Source of the DNA: Botryllus schlosseri
Lineage: Eukaryota
DNA: 64,000 nucleotides
Direction of reading: 5' to 3'
Assembly (NCBI GenBank): GCA_051294905.1
Contig: CM119386.1
Coordinates: 3,162,001 to 3,226,000 of the forward strand
Part shown: in pieces, positions 9,555-22,282 of the stretch
How positions within the stretch are numbered: the first letter of the stretch is position 1
Layout of the letters: every line of letters begins with the position of its first letter
Notes under the pieces: model-generated
Database searches by the model: none
Seen by the model: only the letters and a program-made list of their open reading frames with translations
Told to the model about the DNA's origin: nothing
Position numbers and translations under genes: made by a program

Positions 9555-12500
9555 CTGAAATAGAAAAGAATAGTTTGTCATCCATACATTTGTGATTACG
9601 CATGAGATAGTCGGTCAAAAAATCGAAATCTTTTTAGAGCTAAGATTAAAATTGTGGTTATGCATTAACTGAATTCCTAGAACTATACAAGCGACAGTGC
9701 ACATATAGTAGGCTGAATAGGCAGGGCAATCTGATAGTAACTATAACTGCGGTACGAGACTATAGCTACCCATTTTTCCATGCCATGTATATTACAGTGG
9801 TTGTGGCCTGACACTGACGCAAATCCTATCACCGCGTCGTTCCGAATTTCGCATTGGTATTTTTGAATGTCACAATTGATTGTGGTCGTTTTTCGTGTTC
9901 CAGTAGTGCCATCAATGGTTATTTGTCAAGTTTCTTTTTTGTTTATTTGGATGTTCATGACTTGAATGTGGGAGCGAGTAGCGCGTGGAACGAGCCAGAA
10001 GAACAGTAGAATTACCTATACAGCATAAGTTTTCTTCACATTAATATACCAATTCGTATAATCGTGTAACAGTAACAATGTACGAGGATATGTACTGGCT
10101 TCTCCGGTGTTGTCAATGGGCGGACTGGCATCCACCTGGCAATGTGGAGAGAAAAACGTTATTTTGAGCATTGAGCGGAAGTGATGACTTTTTTTTTAAT
10201 TTTTTTTTTATAGTCATCCACCTGGCAATGTGGAGAGAAAAACGTTATTTTGAGCACTGAGCGGAAGTGATGACCTTTTTTTTTAGTGAACCGATCACGA
10301 AGTGGGAAAAATTTACCGGTTTTTGAGAATTCTTCTCCGGTTTTGCATGTCTGAAATTTCTGAAAAAGTGTCCTCTTTCTACATTTCCAAAATATGGTAA
10401 GCCTAACCATATGCCTTTAGTGATGTGGACTCTGCTGTACTGTACAGTTGAAAAATTGCAAGCTGTCAGCTGTGTATCATCGTAACTCCGTTACGCTACC
10501 ATTTTTCGTGGTACCATATTGCAAATATTTCTTTGCGCTGCCGTTGACTTGTTTCTGATTTCCAGTTGGATTGAAGAACGTAACAGTTTCAGTCTTTATC
10601 TATTTTGATTCTGCATGCACAAAAGACCTTCTAATCGAACCATCCCGCACCCATTAGCCGTTTATACACGCTTTCTATTGCATTCATTCAGGACGATCAA
10701 TTCGTAATATTAAATGTGCAGTTATTGCTCCACGCATCATCAATACATCACAAGGGGATGCGGTTTTGAATTATTAATTATTAATATGTTGGGATGGCAT
10801 TTGGTCACTATTATTCGAAATGAAGAGAAAAATTTAACGACTCGAGTATAGATTGCTTAGCTAGCCAGTATCGATTCAATCAACGCGATGGATGGAATAT
10901 CGACGTTCCTTGAATGCAAAGTCGATTTCATTAGAATTTAGAATCCATTAAAAGCCCACTTTCGCAACTGAACATGAACATTGAACATGTGTCTAGTAAA
11001 AATAGGGTAAGATTACAAAAATGGCGGCTTCCTCACGAACGCAAAATGCTTGGCTCAAGTGAATAATGTATATATCCTGTGAATGAAAAATATTGCGCGA
11101 AGCTAGTTAACGCGCAAATTAACTTGTAGCGACGCTGTGTCCTCTTGGTGGGCCCCACGTAAGCCTATACGTTGTAAGAGCGATATGTCGCGTCGCAATT
11201 TTAAAGCCTTCTCTGACCGGTGATTATGTAGGTCAGCAGACGATACGTAGCACTGAATACTGTGCAGATATCATGCTCTCCGAATCAAAACTCGGTAGCT
11301 TCGGTAATCAAATAATTTAGTAAGTAATCGATCTAGTCTAGAGCATTTTTCTTAACCTTTTAGCGATCGTATCCTTGTCTACAATGACCGACGGAAGTTT
11401 TCCGTTGTGATCATGTTGATATCCTCACTATGAAATCATGGCACAAAACCATTCCGTTCGTGACTCCTAGCGCTGGTCAAAATCGAGTACCTGAACTAGT
11501 CAGTGCCTTCTGCCTTCGTGTACCACTAGCACAGGGCCAGTAACCTTTTGTGTGCAGTGTGCCAAAATGTCAAAAAATGTCATATTTTTATCAGCTTTCA
11601 TGCCAAACATTCAATTTATTGTTAATATTCAACTTTTCAAGCAAGGAATACCATGCACCATCCGTTTTTCTGCAGCTGGCAACGGCATCCGTTACGCCAG
11701 TGATCTTAAATTATTATTGGTAGCGAAGGGAATAAATTTTGGTCGCTACCGCAGCCGCACCCGACTTATCGCTTACGTGTATGTATTATTTACATAATTT
11801 ATTTTCAGTCGCGCAATGATCGATCTTCTGTGGTAGATTTGGTCGTTTCCAAGTCCACTGTGTTCGGTTCCATACAGGGTTGTAATGACTCGAGTCATGA
11901 CTCGACTCGAGTCAAACTCGAGTCACAATTTTCTGATGACTCGAGTTGACTCGAGTCATTTTCTCAAAATACGGAAATGAGTCGACTCGACTCCAGTCAA
12001 TCTGTGTATTGACTCGACTTGGACTCGAGTCATCGCGCATGACTCGAACCAAGTCATATGACTCGAGACTCAGACAGCCAAGACCGACATTTCATTGTAA
12101 TTTCGAAGACTAGTAAGGTAATCACACTATCGGGATTTCGTCTATTGGTACTGGTATACTTGAAAATGCGACCAGAAACTGCTAAAAGTGAGGAAAATTA
12201 GCATATTATAAATTCGAACCATTCGATATCACCAAACAGAGTTATGAAAAGTGGCTTTAACAAGACTTTTAACTGGAAACTGAGCAGTCAACACAATGAC
12301 TTGGACTCGGACTCGAGTCACAATCCCATGACTCGGACTCGACCCTCTGCTCGATGACTTGGACTCGGACTTGACTCGGTGGTGAATTGAAAATGACTCG
12401 ACTTGAATCGAGTCAAAACTATAAAAGTGAGATTGACTTGTGACTCGGAGCCATGTGACTTGGTTACAACCCTGATACAATATCCAATAAGTGACAGGCC

Positions 12501-15500
12501 AATCAGTGTTGTCACAATGATATGGTCTGGTGTTGATGAAAATGTGCCCACTACTGTATCATTCAAGTTGGTTCGGTGTCACATTCAGGTTGGTCTGCAG
12601 ACCAACATCATGACACTAGAATTGTCTGCAAATGTCGCGGTAAAGCGGTATACATTGTGGTTGCTCCAGATAAATTTGGATCGCTTGCTCACCAGACGAA
12701 ACTAAAAGAATATCTCCTTCCGAGATTCCAAATTCGCATTTCGACATGAGCTCATGATTTTTCTTGGTAGGTCTCATTTGATACGTGTGGCTCAAGCTGC
12801 GGGCGCTGGACTATTCGGCGTTGGTCACTTCGACGCCTTGACAGTGGACATATCAATGTCGAACGTTTTGGCCGGCATGCGGCGGTTATTTTGTCTCATG
12901 GTTTTATCGCCAGTGTCGCCACCGATCATTTTGGCAACACATACACCGCACGGGAGTCGCATGTTGTCCGAAACTTTATGTCTAGGTCGCGTCTTCTATA
13001 GCGTGAAAATTCCCAGCGCCGGAATGCTGGTTCATAAGTTGCGCTCCCGTAGGATGCACAGTGAACACTTCTAACATTTTCTATATGCATATTTATTTAT
13101 TGGGGGGTTCCCACATTATAATCAAGACATAAGGTTCCAATAAATCGCGCTTCAGTTTTAGTCTTAAATTAATTTCAAGATAAGTCTTGCCCTAAAAGAC
13201 TGTTTTATGTTGATTTACGAAAAGATTTTGGATAGCCTACGAGCTTTGTGCATTTTGAAAACGTCTGTTTCACTTTTTGCAAAACATATAGTCTCAATAT
13301 GCCGTTTGCGTGAAATCATTTGACGTGCCATGAAAAATCATGTCGCGTGCCACAAATGGCACCCGTGCCGGGGTTTGTCGACCCTTGCACTTGTATATTA
13401 CCACCCGTATGTCACGTGTTTGAATACACACAATCTTTTCGCTAAGAGTATACCCCAGTAATCGGTAGAAACGGAAGCTCACCCGTGCAGGTATATCGTG
13501 TCCATCATCACCGTGCGCGAGAAGATATCCGACGGGAGACTGAACAGACTGTTGCTGGACAAATCCAACTCGCGGAGTTTCGTCATGCTACGGAAAGCGT
13601 CTGCGTGAATGTCCGCGAGACCGTTTCCGCTCAAATTCAGTAATTTGACGTTGGGAAGGCTTCGGAGGTTGGCTGAGCTGACGGTGTTGATGTTTCTTAT
13701 TTCGTTGCGGCCCAAATCCAAGGTTTCAATCGTTTGCGGGAGTTCGCTTGGAACTGAGCTCATCTTATTCGCAGATAATCTAAATCAATCGGCATTAGTT
13801 AATGCGCCTGGGTTCAGCGCAGTGTAATATTGATGCGCTGGATTAGGCTCGCTGTCCACATGGAACAAAGGAAACCGTGGATCTATTTATTCGTGCTTGC
13901 AACATCAAGTACGAACCATCCATTAATGCAGTAGGCGCTTGCCGAAAGCACTGACCGACGGGCCTTATTGTCTCGCTTTTACAGAATCTACATTCCACAT
14001 TAAAAGTGCTGCATAAAATTAATTCACAAATACACAATTCGTCGCTGGTAGTAAAAATAATAATCAAAGCATAAGGTAAAACATCGCTATAGGCGGAATG
14101 GCGACAACATCATTACTAATTCCAACACAGTCGAAATATAGCGATGGGCATTGGGCATAGTGCGAGTTATTAGGCCTCTACTTCCGCAGCGTTGTTGTAT
14201 ATCAAAGCATCACTCTCTTTGAAATGTATACTAATAGCCATTCTGATAATTATGTTTAGCAACCAGCGGAAAATACTGTCAGCGGTGATATTTTCTGATT
14301 GTCAGAATCCGCTACACCGTTAATACTAAAAAACAGTAGGGTTACCATACGACCTCTTTTAAGAGGATTTGTCCTCTTTTTTGACTTTTTGAAAGTGTCC
14401 TCGGAAGACGCCTAAATGTCCCTTTTTGAAAATTTGTCCTCTTTTTTGAAAATTTTGATTAATTACAGGTCAAAATTCGACTGAGATATAGGAAATCAGT
14501 ACTCAAGTAACGTTCCGGCGGGTATTTCGGGAGTTGAAGCGGAAAGTCGACCTTTTTTTAGTCAACCAACGGAGAATTCAACAAAAGTGTATATTTCTGG
14601 AGTGAAGTCGGAAAAATGACCATTTTTTAGTCAACCAATCACGAAGTCGGGTAAAATTTACCATTTTTTCCGGATTTTTCTCCAGTTTTGCAAGTCTGAA
14701 TATTTTGAAAAAGTGTCTTCTTTTCAGATTTCAAAAATGTGGTAACCCTAAACAACTGAGACTGATTTAAATCCAAATCAAGTAAAAGCCAATACCTGAG
14801 AGTATGAAGTACCGATCGCCGATGAAAAATATTCGACGGGAAGCTTTCGATGAAATTGTAGCTGAGGTCCAGCACTCGTAATTCTTCCAGTTGTCGCAGA
14901 GCTCTTTCTTCCAACGTTCTGATCTCATTCCCACTTACATCCAGTGACTGTAACCACCTATTAGTCAGCAAATGGTCTGCAATTAGAGATATAACGCAAC
15001 AAGCTCTCTGCCAATGAGCATCACCCTTTCATATGCATCGTGAAAGGTCAGGTCGACATGACATATCGATCTCGACAACCGTCACATGGCACCTCATTTT
15101 GTCGCTTATCCTTTTACAACTTCTTTTACTTTTCATTCAGCGTGCATGCATCTTCTTTACATCGCCTAGGCCCAGGTGGGTGTCTGATCTCAAAAACTAC
15201 TCCAATTCGTTTCGACACCTGCCTATCTTTTCACTGTCTATACGTATATGCTCACTAGTCACTGCCCATCCGCCCCCTTAAAGAGGCCTTTGGTCGAAAG
15301 TGAACGGCTTTTTACTAAGTTTATAAAAAGTTATTTGAAAAATATCCCAGCGATGAAACGTATGGCAAGTTTTTTATGAATGCAAATTTCTAATATATAA
15401 TGGTTCATAAGCCGCATGCGAACGCTTATACACATACCCTGATAGTCATAAGCCCACTATAGTTCCTGTAGTCTAGTACAATGCTTCTTATTCCATGAGC

Positions 15501-18500
15501 GCAGTACACGACAATGTTTTCAAGGGTATTAATGATCGGTGTTCTGTAATTGCAGTATTCTTGGACATACAATCCGCTTACGATATGGTCTGGAGAAAAG
15601 GTCTCTTGTTCAAATTGACGAAGCATGGTGTCAAAGGTCAAATGCTACATTGCATCCACAACTTTACGTCAACGCGTTATTTCCAAGTCGGGAATACTAG
15701 CTCATTTCATGCACCAGCAATATAGTAATGTACACGTCAGCCATACAAAAATGATGGACTTTTCTTTTTCAATTTTAATAATTCTTACTAAAAAATACTC
15801 CATAATCTATTTCGATTTACGGTATTATTTTGGGGGGTTTGGGGTGCCGCAATTACGGCCCTGAATCTGTATTAGATGTGCATTGTGGTAGGTTTTTATG
15901 ACCCGGCGATGATTTGAGGTTCCACGAAGGGTTGCAGACTAGCATAAGTGTTCAGCAGGTTAGTAGAGGATAAGAACTGTCGTAGGCCCCGAACCACTGT
16001 ACTAACACCTATACCTACACCTATATGCTGGTATTGCAAACCCCATTGCCTGTCCTCTTAGAAATCTATTTTGAATAGCCAGATCGATAATACTTCATGA
16101 GAGGCCGACTATACAGGAGATGCATTAATGTTTGCTCTTAGACATATATCAATTTGTATTTAGTCAATTTCCATCTTTCATTAATAATAAATGATTGGAA
16201 TGTCAGGCCGTAATGCGTATTTGAAGTTAGGTTATATATATTATTTAGATCAGTAAGTGGTAGCCTATAGCCTACTTACGACACGAACCATTACCGGTAC
16301 GATAGAAGTGTGGTATATCGACATTGACAACATAGTGAGTGCATTTTCTGCATACCGTAATCCCGCCAAGCTGTATTCTTCTACATTCGGCCCGATTTCG
16401 TTTCTCGCGAGATTAACCTCCTCGACGTTATGCAAAGTTGTAGTGAAGTGGTCGGCGTGCCGAAAGCAAGCCGGCATTTCGTGAAGATGATTATCTGTCA
16501 GAAAAAGTATAGTTGGCAACGCACAGCAACTAATGATAACTCTAAGCGTTGCTCGTAAGATATAAATTCGCTAAATGGGATGCTGACACGAGGCTTGCTA
16601 ATGATCCTGCTTTATCGGCAGCCTAATCTAGCTCTACATCAGTGTTTATTAACCGGTGTTCCATGGAGCACTGGGGTTCCAGCAGCCAGTCTCAGCGGTT
16701 CCCCTGGAGGTCGATACATACACTAAACTCTTCTTGGCCACATTGGTGGCTGGTAATTATGCCTGATAAGTAGGGCAAGTTTTTGCAACTGTATTTTTTA
16801 CAGCTTACGACAGCGTCGTAGATACTCAGAATCTATGTACTATGATGTTTCAAGCTGTTTGAAGGGATTTTATAGTGCAACTTTTTGCAGCTTTTCTCAA
16901 TTCTTCATACCCAATTTTTACTGCAACTTTTATCAAATATTGCGTAAAAATGTAAAGGAATGATTTAAAAACAGGCTTTAAAGATAAACTATTTATAGTA
17001 TAGTTCTATTCTCTTTGATTTGCATAACAAAGAGTTATATTATGGGTTAGCAGCATCTCACTATCTATGACACAATAGTTTGCAAGCAAGAAATTCAACT
17101 CCCCTGCCAAGCATGAATGAGCCCGGACAATATGTTAATAAATCGCGTTATTAATTATGTCGTGTAAATTTGAGATAGTTTCCCATTTCACGAACGCCCA
17201 GGCGAGACCAACGAAAATAACATTTTCACTAGGTCATCTTTCTAAGACTATTTATTTTGTTAAAGTCGCTAGGTGTGAGTTTTTCTGGAACGCCTTGGGT
17301 CAAGTTTGCAGACCTAGGGGCTTTGGGGTGCGTTACTTGACTTGTTTTAGTAGGAAGGGGTTATCGCTATGATGTTTGGCGTATGGGGGGAAATTATGCC
17401 CGCATTGTGTAGGCTTACTTGCTGTGTACCGGAAAAACTGTAATTTTTAGGCGGTCCAGCCAGAATGTCCGTGAAATGGCAAAGTGTCAAATTTGACAGC
17501 CCTGCAGAAACTAGGCTAAACAACGAAACCTTTCGGGTACCCAATACCCTAATAATTGAACAAAAATTATAAATGCAACCCTTTACTGCAACTTTTTTCA
17601 AAATTAAATGCAACTTTCTCGCATTTTTAGTGCAACAAAAACTTGCCCTACTGATAAGTCTAAGTCTTAGCCTATAATTGTGAAAGTTACGGTGTTATTT
17701 CGTCGAAACCCCTTACTTCTGAAATATAAATTCTATCTCCAATATTTATAAGCTTATTTGCAACTAAGCAATTGAAAATGTGGGGTTCCGTGAAGACTTG
17801 TAGATTAGCGTGAGTGCTCCTCGGGTTAGTTTAGGGTTACCATACGTCCTTTTTAAGAGCATTTGTCCTCCTTTTTTGACTTTTTTGAAAGTGACCTCGG
17901 AGAACGCCCGAATGTCCTCTTTTTTGAGATTTTGTCCTCTTTTTTGCTGGAGCGAGATACAGTAAATCAGCACTGAAGTCATATTCCGGCGGCTATTTCG
18001 GGAGTTGGGCCAGAAAGTTGACCTTTTTTTAGTCAACCGACCACGAAATGGCAAAAAATTGCCATTTTTCAAAAGTATCCTCTTTTCAGATTTCCAAAAT
18101 ATGTAACCCTAGGTTAGGTAAGGTTAAAAACCACTGGTATAGATACGTGTACGATATCTATACGGGCATTTGCGTGTTTATTCGCTGTTTTAACCTTGTT
18201 TTAGTCATTTCACATCGGATGCAAACCATTGACTTTGCCATCTCCGTAGAGTCATCGCTTTATTACGGGAAATTACAAATTCCGATTTCAAATTATCAAA
18301 CCCCTGGCCAATGTCGGATCTCCGGGTTCACAACTTTAGGCGATGATACCTGGCCAGGATGATTTGGAGACCCGGCCCTATAACCTCATGGATATAAGTG
18401 TAAGTGAAGTATAATATCAATTTGATTTACCTGACAAATCGACATATTTGAGGGGCGAATTGATCGTGCTGCTGTTCATGGCCGTCATATTGAAAGCTGA

Positions 18501-18794
18501 CGGATGGATAAAATCAATGTGGTTTCCTGACGCGCTGACTTTCTGGAGGCTTGTAAAGAGTCCGAAATAGTTTACCGGCACGTTCTCAAGGCTGTTGTTA
18601 TCCAAATTCAGAATTGTCGCCGTGCCTTGCACCTCGCCAAACATGGGAACCTCCTGCAATTGCTTGGAACTGCAATCGATTAGCTTTCCCGAAACGCAGC
18701 TGCATTGGCCGCATGTATAATTATAATCGGCACCAACGTGAAATGCGCTCAGCAAGAACAGTGCTAAATGCAAAATCGTCTGTATTCTCCCCAT
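8900..18794 (-). CDS. LRR type-I transmembrane protein, 538 aa, 5 exons (signal peptide, LRRNT, LRR array, LRRCT, TM, short tail, no TIR)
   Basis: Exons 18794-18431, 16494-16356, 14957-14796, 13779-13483, 9554-8900 (1617 nt). All introns GT-AG with phases 1,2,2,2. Junctions rebuild LRR motifs: VDLS|DNHL, AGLR|WLQSLDVSGN, HTLR|LSANKM, IYLHG|NRYLESLP. Confidence 0.9.
10129..10405. mobile_element. hAT-Blackjack-like MITE, 3' half with ~86-bp tandem duplication
   Basis: Ends TTCCAAAATATGGTAAGCCTA like 5960-6400; unit CATCCACCTGGCAATGTGGAG... at 10129 and 10215. Confidence 0.75.
11875..12474. mobile_element. GACTCGAGTC-repeat MITE
   Basis: TIR CAGGGTTGTAA / TTACAACCCTG; dense GACTCG/CGAGTC subterminal repeats; homologous to 63499-63987. 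Confidence 0.85.
13321..13387. mobile_element. Charlie-like terminal fragment
   Basis: CGCGTGCCAC..GGCACCCGTGCC..GTCGACCCTTG resembles a hAT-Charlie end; partner end not found. Confidence 0.4.
13483..13779 (-). CDS. LRR-TM gene exon 4
   Basis: ETLDLGRNEI, KLLNLSGNGL, RELDLSSNSL; acceptor GATTTAG, donor GG|GTGAG. Confidence 0.92.
14337..14750. mobile_element. hAT-Blackjack-like MITE
   Basis: TAGGGTTACCA / TGGTAACCCTA; TSD AAAAACAG/AACAACTG (6/8). Confidence 0.85.
14796..14957 (-). CDS. LRR-TM gene exon 3
   Basis: WLQSLDVSGNEI, RVLDLSYNFI; acceptor TAATAG, donor AG|GTATTG. Confidence 0.9.
15052..15245 (+). mobile_element. Family A retroposon 3' end (diverged)
   Basis: TATCGATCTCG, TTTCATTCAGCGTGCATGC and CGCCTAGGCCCAGG shared with the other family A copies. 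Confidence 0.7.
15495..15720 (+). pseudogene. Non-LTR retrotransposon reverse transcriptase fragment
   Basis: VIAVFLDIQSAYDMVWRKGLLFKL..GVKGQMLHCIHNF..RYFQV matches the LINE RT LDxxxAYDxVW region. Confidence 0.8.
16356..16494 (-). CDS. LRR-TM gene exon 2
   Basis: DNHLHEMP..VEEVNLARNEI; acceptor TGACAG, donor CG|GTATGC (phase fits exon 3). Confidence 0.85.
16771..17650. mobile_element. hAT-type MITE (young)
   Basis: Perfect 15-bp TIR TAGGGCAAGTTTTTG / CAAAAACTTGCCCTA; perfect TSD CTGATAAG. Confidence 0.9.
17832..18111. mobile_element. hAT-Blackjack-like MITE
   Basis: TAGGGTTACCATACGTCC / ATGTAACCCTA; TSD GGTTAGTT/GGTTAGGT. Confidence 0.85.
18431..18794 (-). CDS. LRR-TM gene exon 1 (signal peptide, LRRNT, first LRRs)
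   Basis: MGRIQTILHLALFLLSAFHVGA signal peptide; CGQCSCVSGKLIDCS LRRNT; donor TCAG|GTAAAT. Confidence 0.92.
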
Positions 18795-19358
18795 CGAAGT
18801 TATGCGGAGTCGTCAATCATACGCCGCTATAGCAATTGAGCTTTAGGCAACTGCTCGCGATTCGGAATAATTGATCTGAATCAAAGAATAGATGAAAGTC
18901 ACGTCAATTAGCAATGACACGGGTTTAATCCACCATCGTGTGGACACATCTGCTTCAGAAGCCCCCCAGAACTTCGGTTTATCATCATGTGGGGGGGGGG
19001 GCAAGACCAACGTTTTGGGGGGGGGCTGACGAAGTGCTGTTACGGCCCTTTTCCTCCCCACATGTATAACATAGGTGCGGACGTAGGTTATCTTATATAA
19101 CGGCGGATTACAACTGTCCTACCTCAATGTGAAGAAAATCAGATATCGAGCCTGGCGCTCAGCATCAAATTTCGCACATATAATACAAGCATAGGCTACC
19201 TCTGTAAGATACAATCGAAGTTGTTACTATAATACATATTAATGGTAAGTCGAAAACTGGAATATTGGTAGAGTTGAATATATTTCAGTAGGCCTATTCA
19301 TGCAAAGTTACGAAACAATTTCATGTCACTCTGAGTTCGGCTCACTCCAACTGGCGAT

Positions 19359-19844
19359 TAGGGCTGGGCACAATGATTCGAGTACTCGAATCTGAATCGA
19401 TTATTAATTTTAATGATTCGAGTCGAGTAGTACAAGATGATTTTTTCGAGTACTGAAATTATACGCTCCTTGCAACAGAAAGTTAATTTACTAATGAGAA
19501 TTATACTTTCCATACTATTTTCCACTGCGAAAGCCTTGAAACCTTGACTGGCCGTGTTGCAGCAAACGAGACATAGCATAAAAGCTACGAACGTTACTGG
19601 AAATAACACATTTCCGAAGTCATGATCACCCCACAACATTCTTAAGAAGTGCAATGAAACCCGTATGGTCGAAAGAATACCAAAGTATCTTTAATGTGAC
19701 GGATAACAGGCAATATGTTCTTTGTGGTGACATAAAGTTCAGTCTGCTGTTACGTCATAATGAGTAATACTCGAATACTCGACTCGAAGCGGAATACGTC
19801 ATTCAGAATCGAATGACTTAGGTACTCGAATTTTCCCAGCCCTA
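19359..19844. mobile_element. hAT-type MITE with GAGTACTCGA repeats
   Basis: TAGGGCTGGG / CCCAGCCCTA; TSD CTGGCGAT/ATGGCGAT; inverted homologue at 62380-62878. Confidence 0.88.
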
Positions 19845-22282
19845 ATGGCGATATGGGTGTTTGTGACATTTGATTCAACCAAAGCTTCCATCGCAATCAG
19901 TCGTGGACAACAATATAATTCTAGTTGTCAAATTAGAGCAAAATGCCGCTAATGTAGTTCTAATCTAATTTGTGAAGTGTTTATTGTTCTAATATTAATT
20001 CTCATCTAATTTCTGGTTTTCCTAGGAGAACTGTATCGTGCAAAACGAGTCAAGATTGGCGTTAGGACATTTGTACCTAACTCGGACATTTGTACCTAAC
20101 TTTTGTAGTTTAATCTTGAGTATTAGCCTACGTTACGTTACGTATTATTCTATGGCATGATCCTGACATATTATGTATATAGATATATTGGATATGCGAA
20201 AATCCATCACGGGAAAATATAGTATACCTTGTAATATGTTTACCATTATGAACCTTCACTTAACCTCGCTAACTCCATTTCTACAATTGCAATCCCGTAG
20301 GGAAATTTTAGTCGAATGGCGGCATGACTTTTCGTATGACTGATAAATATTATCTAGAGCAGTGGTTCGTAAACGCTTTGACACGCGCCTCCCTTGGCGA
20401 TGGCAAAACAAATCGCACCCCCTTATCGCCAAATCAAAAAGTATTCAAAAGACCACTGGTGTTATTTGCAATACAGCGCATGGTGCCATAAGTCAAGCTC
20501 GACTCTGTAATCCCATTTGACTAGCATCTTATAATAAAGTAATGTTGACACATATTGGTAACAATAGGCATGTATCGTAGAGAACTCCTGTTTCACCCAT
20601 TTGTCACAAAAATGCGCTGCTTCTACAGCAGTTATATTCTATAAAATCTCTTATAATTACACATTAGTGACCACTGGTCATACTTTAACGCTGCAAATGA
20701 CCATGTTTCGACTATGTCTCAAAATTGTAGGCCTACTACAACCACTGACATAGATAGACCGTGCAAATACTATATATGGCAATCTACATATAACACAGGT
20801 GTCAAACTCGTATGTAAAGTAGTCAAGACTTCGATATCCGGTGCCGCGGCAGGTGAGGGAATAAATGGGTTTGATTTGAAACCAGAAATGAATTATTCGC
20901 TGCTATAATGTAACGATGATTCAAATTACGTCAGTGTTTAAATTGTTACGGTAACACAAATACACTTTGATTTAAGATCAACATTATTCTGTAAGTATAT
21001 TTGACAAATTTACCAGCATTTGCTGGAGGTTCATTCCTTGTCAGCTCAACTGAAAATTTCAATTTTAGCAGGGTCAGCAGAGCCTTAATTGTATATTTAG
21101 TTCACAAAATCGTAAACTACTCGAAGCTGATAATTCAAGTCGACTAAACCATATAATTGCTTTAAAGGACTAGGCTATATAGTTTACATTCCTATAGCTA
21201 GCCTATCAAGTATCAATCTTATATCTGCTAATATTCCGAGATGGCAAAGCGAAAGCGGCACATGCTCAATGCTAAATTGCTCATCTGCAAAGGTATTGCG
21301 AACCGTATTTCAATTGAAAGCTATACCAGAAATGGAAAACTCCGAGTGACGGTCGTATAAAAATTTCTCGCTTTCACGCTAAATTGAATGCGTATGAATG
21401 CGAAGGCTATCATGCACTACAAAAGGAACAAGGCGAGGTCGCTACAAATCTAAAATTATTCCCTTGACACTGTCAAATATAGCTTCAGGTATTCGTTAGT
21501 ATTACAGAGGGCTGGCGTGATTGTCATTCTGCTCTGTTCCTGATGCGAATTGATTCATACTCCTGAAACCCGCGCTTTCTACCATCCTCACAAAATTCTG
21601 AAGTTGCCTAGGTATTTCCAGAGTAAGCCGCGATAACTATAGTATCAATAAAATTTGGCTTCGTTGACAATCTTTTGTCATCAATTGTATCCCAAACAAA
21701 ATCAATGACTCCGCACTATTGAAGAAAGTGTTACTTTCCTTTATCTGACTTTTAAGCAGTAACATATTGCGGGAGTTGTCCATAATGTCCATATTTTCCA
21801 ACATAAATGTCATTTAAATTCGACTGCATAATGGATTGAGAATGACGCGCTTCAAGATCGATTGCAGTGCTGTCGTTCTAATCATTCTGACCAGCTGTTT
21901 CGCACTGTGATTTCCGCTAGTGTTGTTGGCTGTTTATTCCAGTGGAAATCGATCTACTAATAGTCTTAGAGAGCATATGCTCTTAGCATAGCAATGCATT
22001 TTCAATTCGATTTGTACTTCGTACTTTTTCCGAATAGCCGACCTCCAGTATTGCGCAGTGCGCGTATGGTCAAGCCAGAGAAGAATACGTTTCCCAATAG
22101 CTATATGTCCCATAATGATAAAGTCATGTGGTAAAACGACATCATATAAATAGCTGACATGTGTTTAATGGAGCGTGCGTAATATTGTAAAATGAATAAT
22201 ATATGGGGCATGTCTGTTTATATATATTTATGTAAAATATGCAGTGCACGCATGCACATAATTGCATATTGGTATTAGTGAG

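Noticed and set aside
11875-12474. Periodic GACTCGAGTC arrays (also 63499-63987) as CRISPR
   Set aside because: No constant repeat-spacer period, no cas genes, eukaryotic context, and bounded by TIRs, so these are MITE subterminal repeats.
16280-16355. Longer LRR exon 2 ending at GTC|GTAAGT
   Set aside because: It gives phase 0, which is incompatible with exon 3, and adds non-LRR sequence.
18960-19030. G-runs as a G-quadruplex regulator of the LRR gene
   Set aside because: They look like a fragment of a G-rich MITE (similar end near 15830-15865); no independent support.
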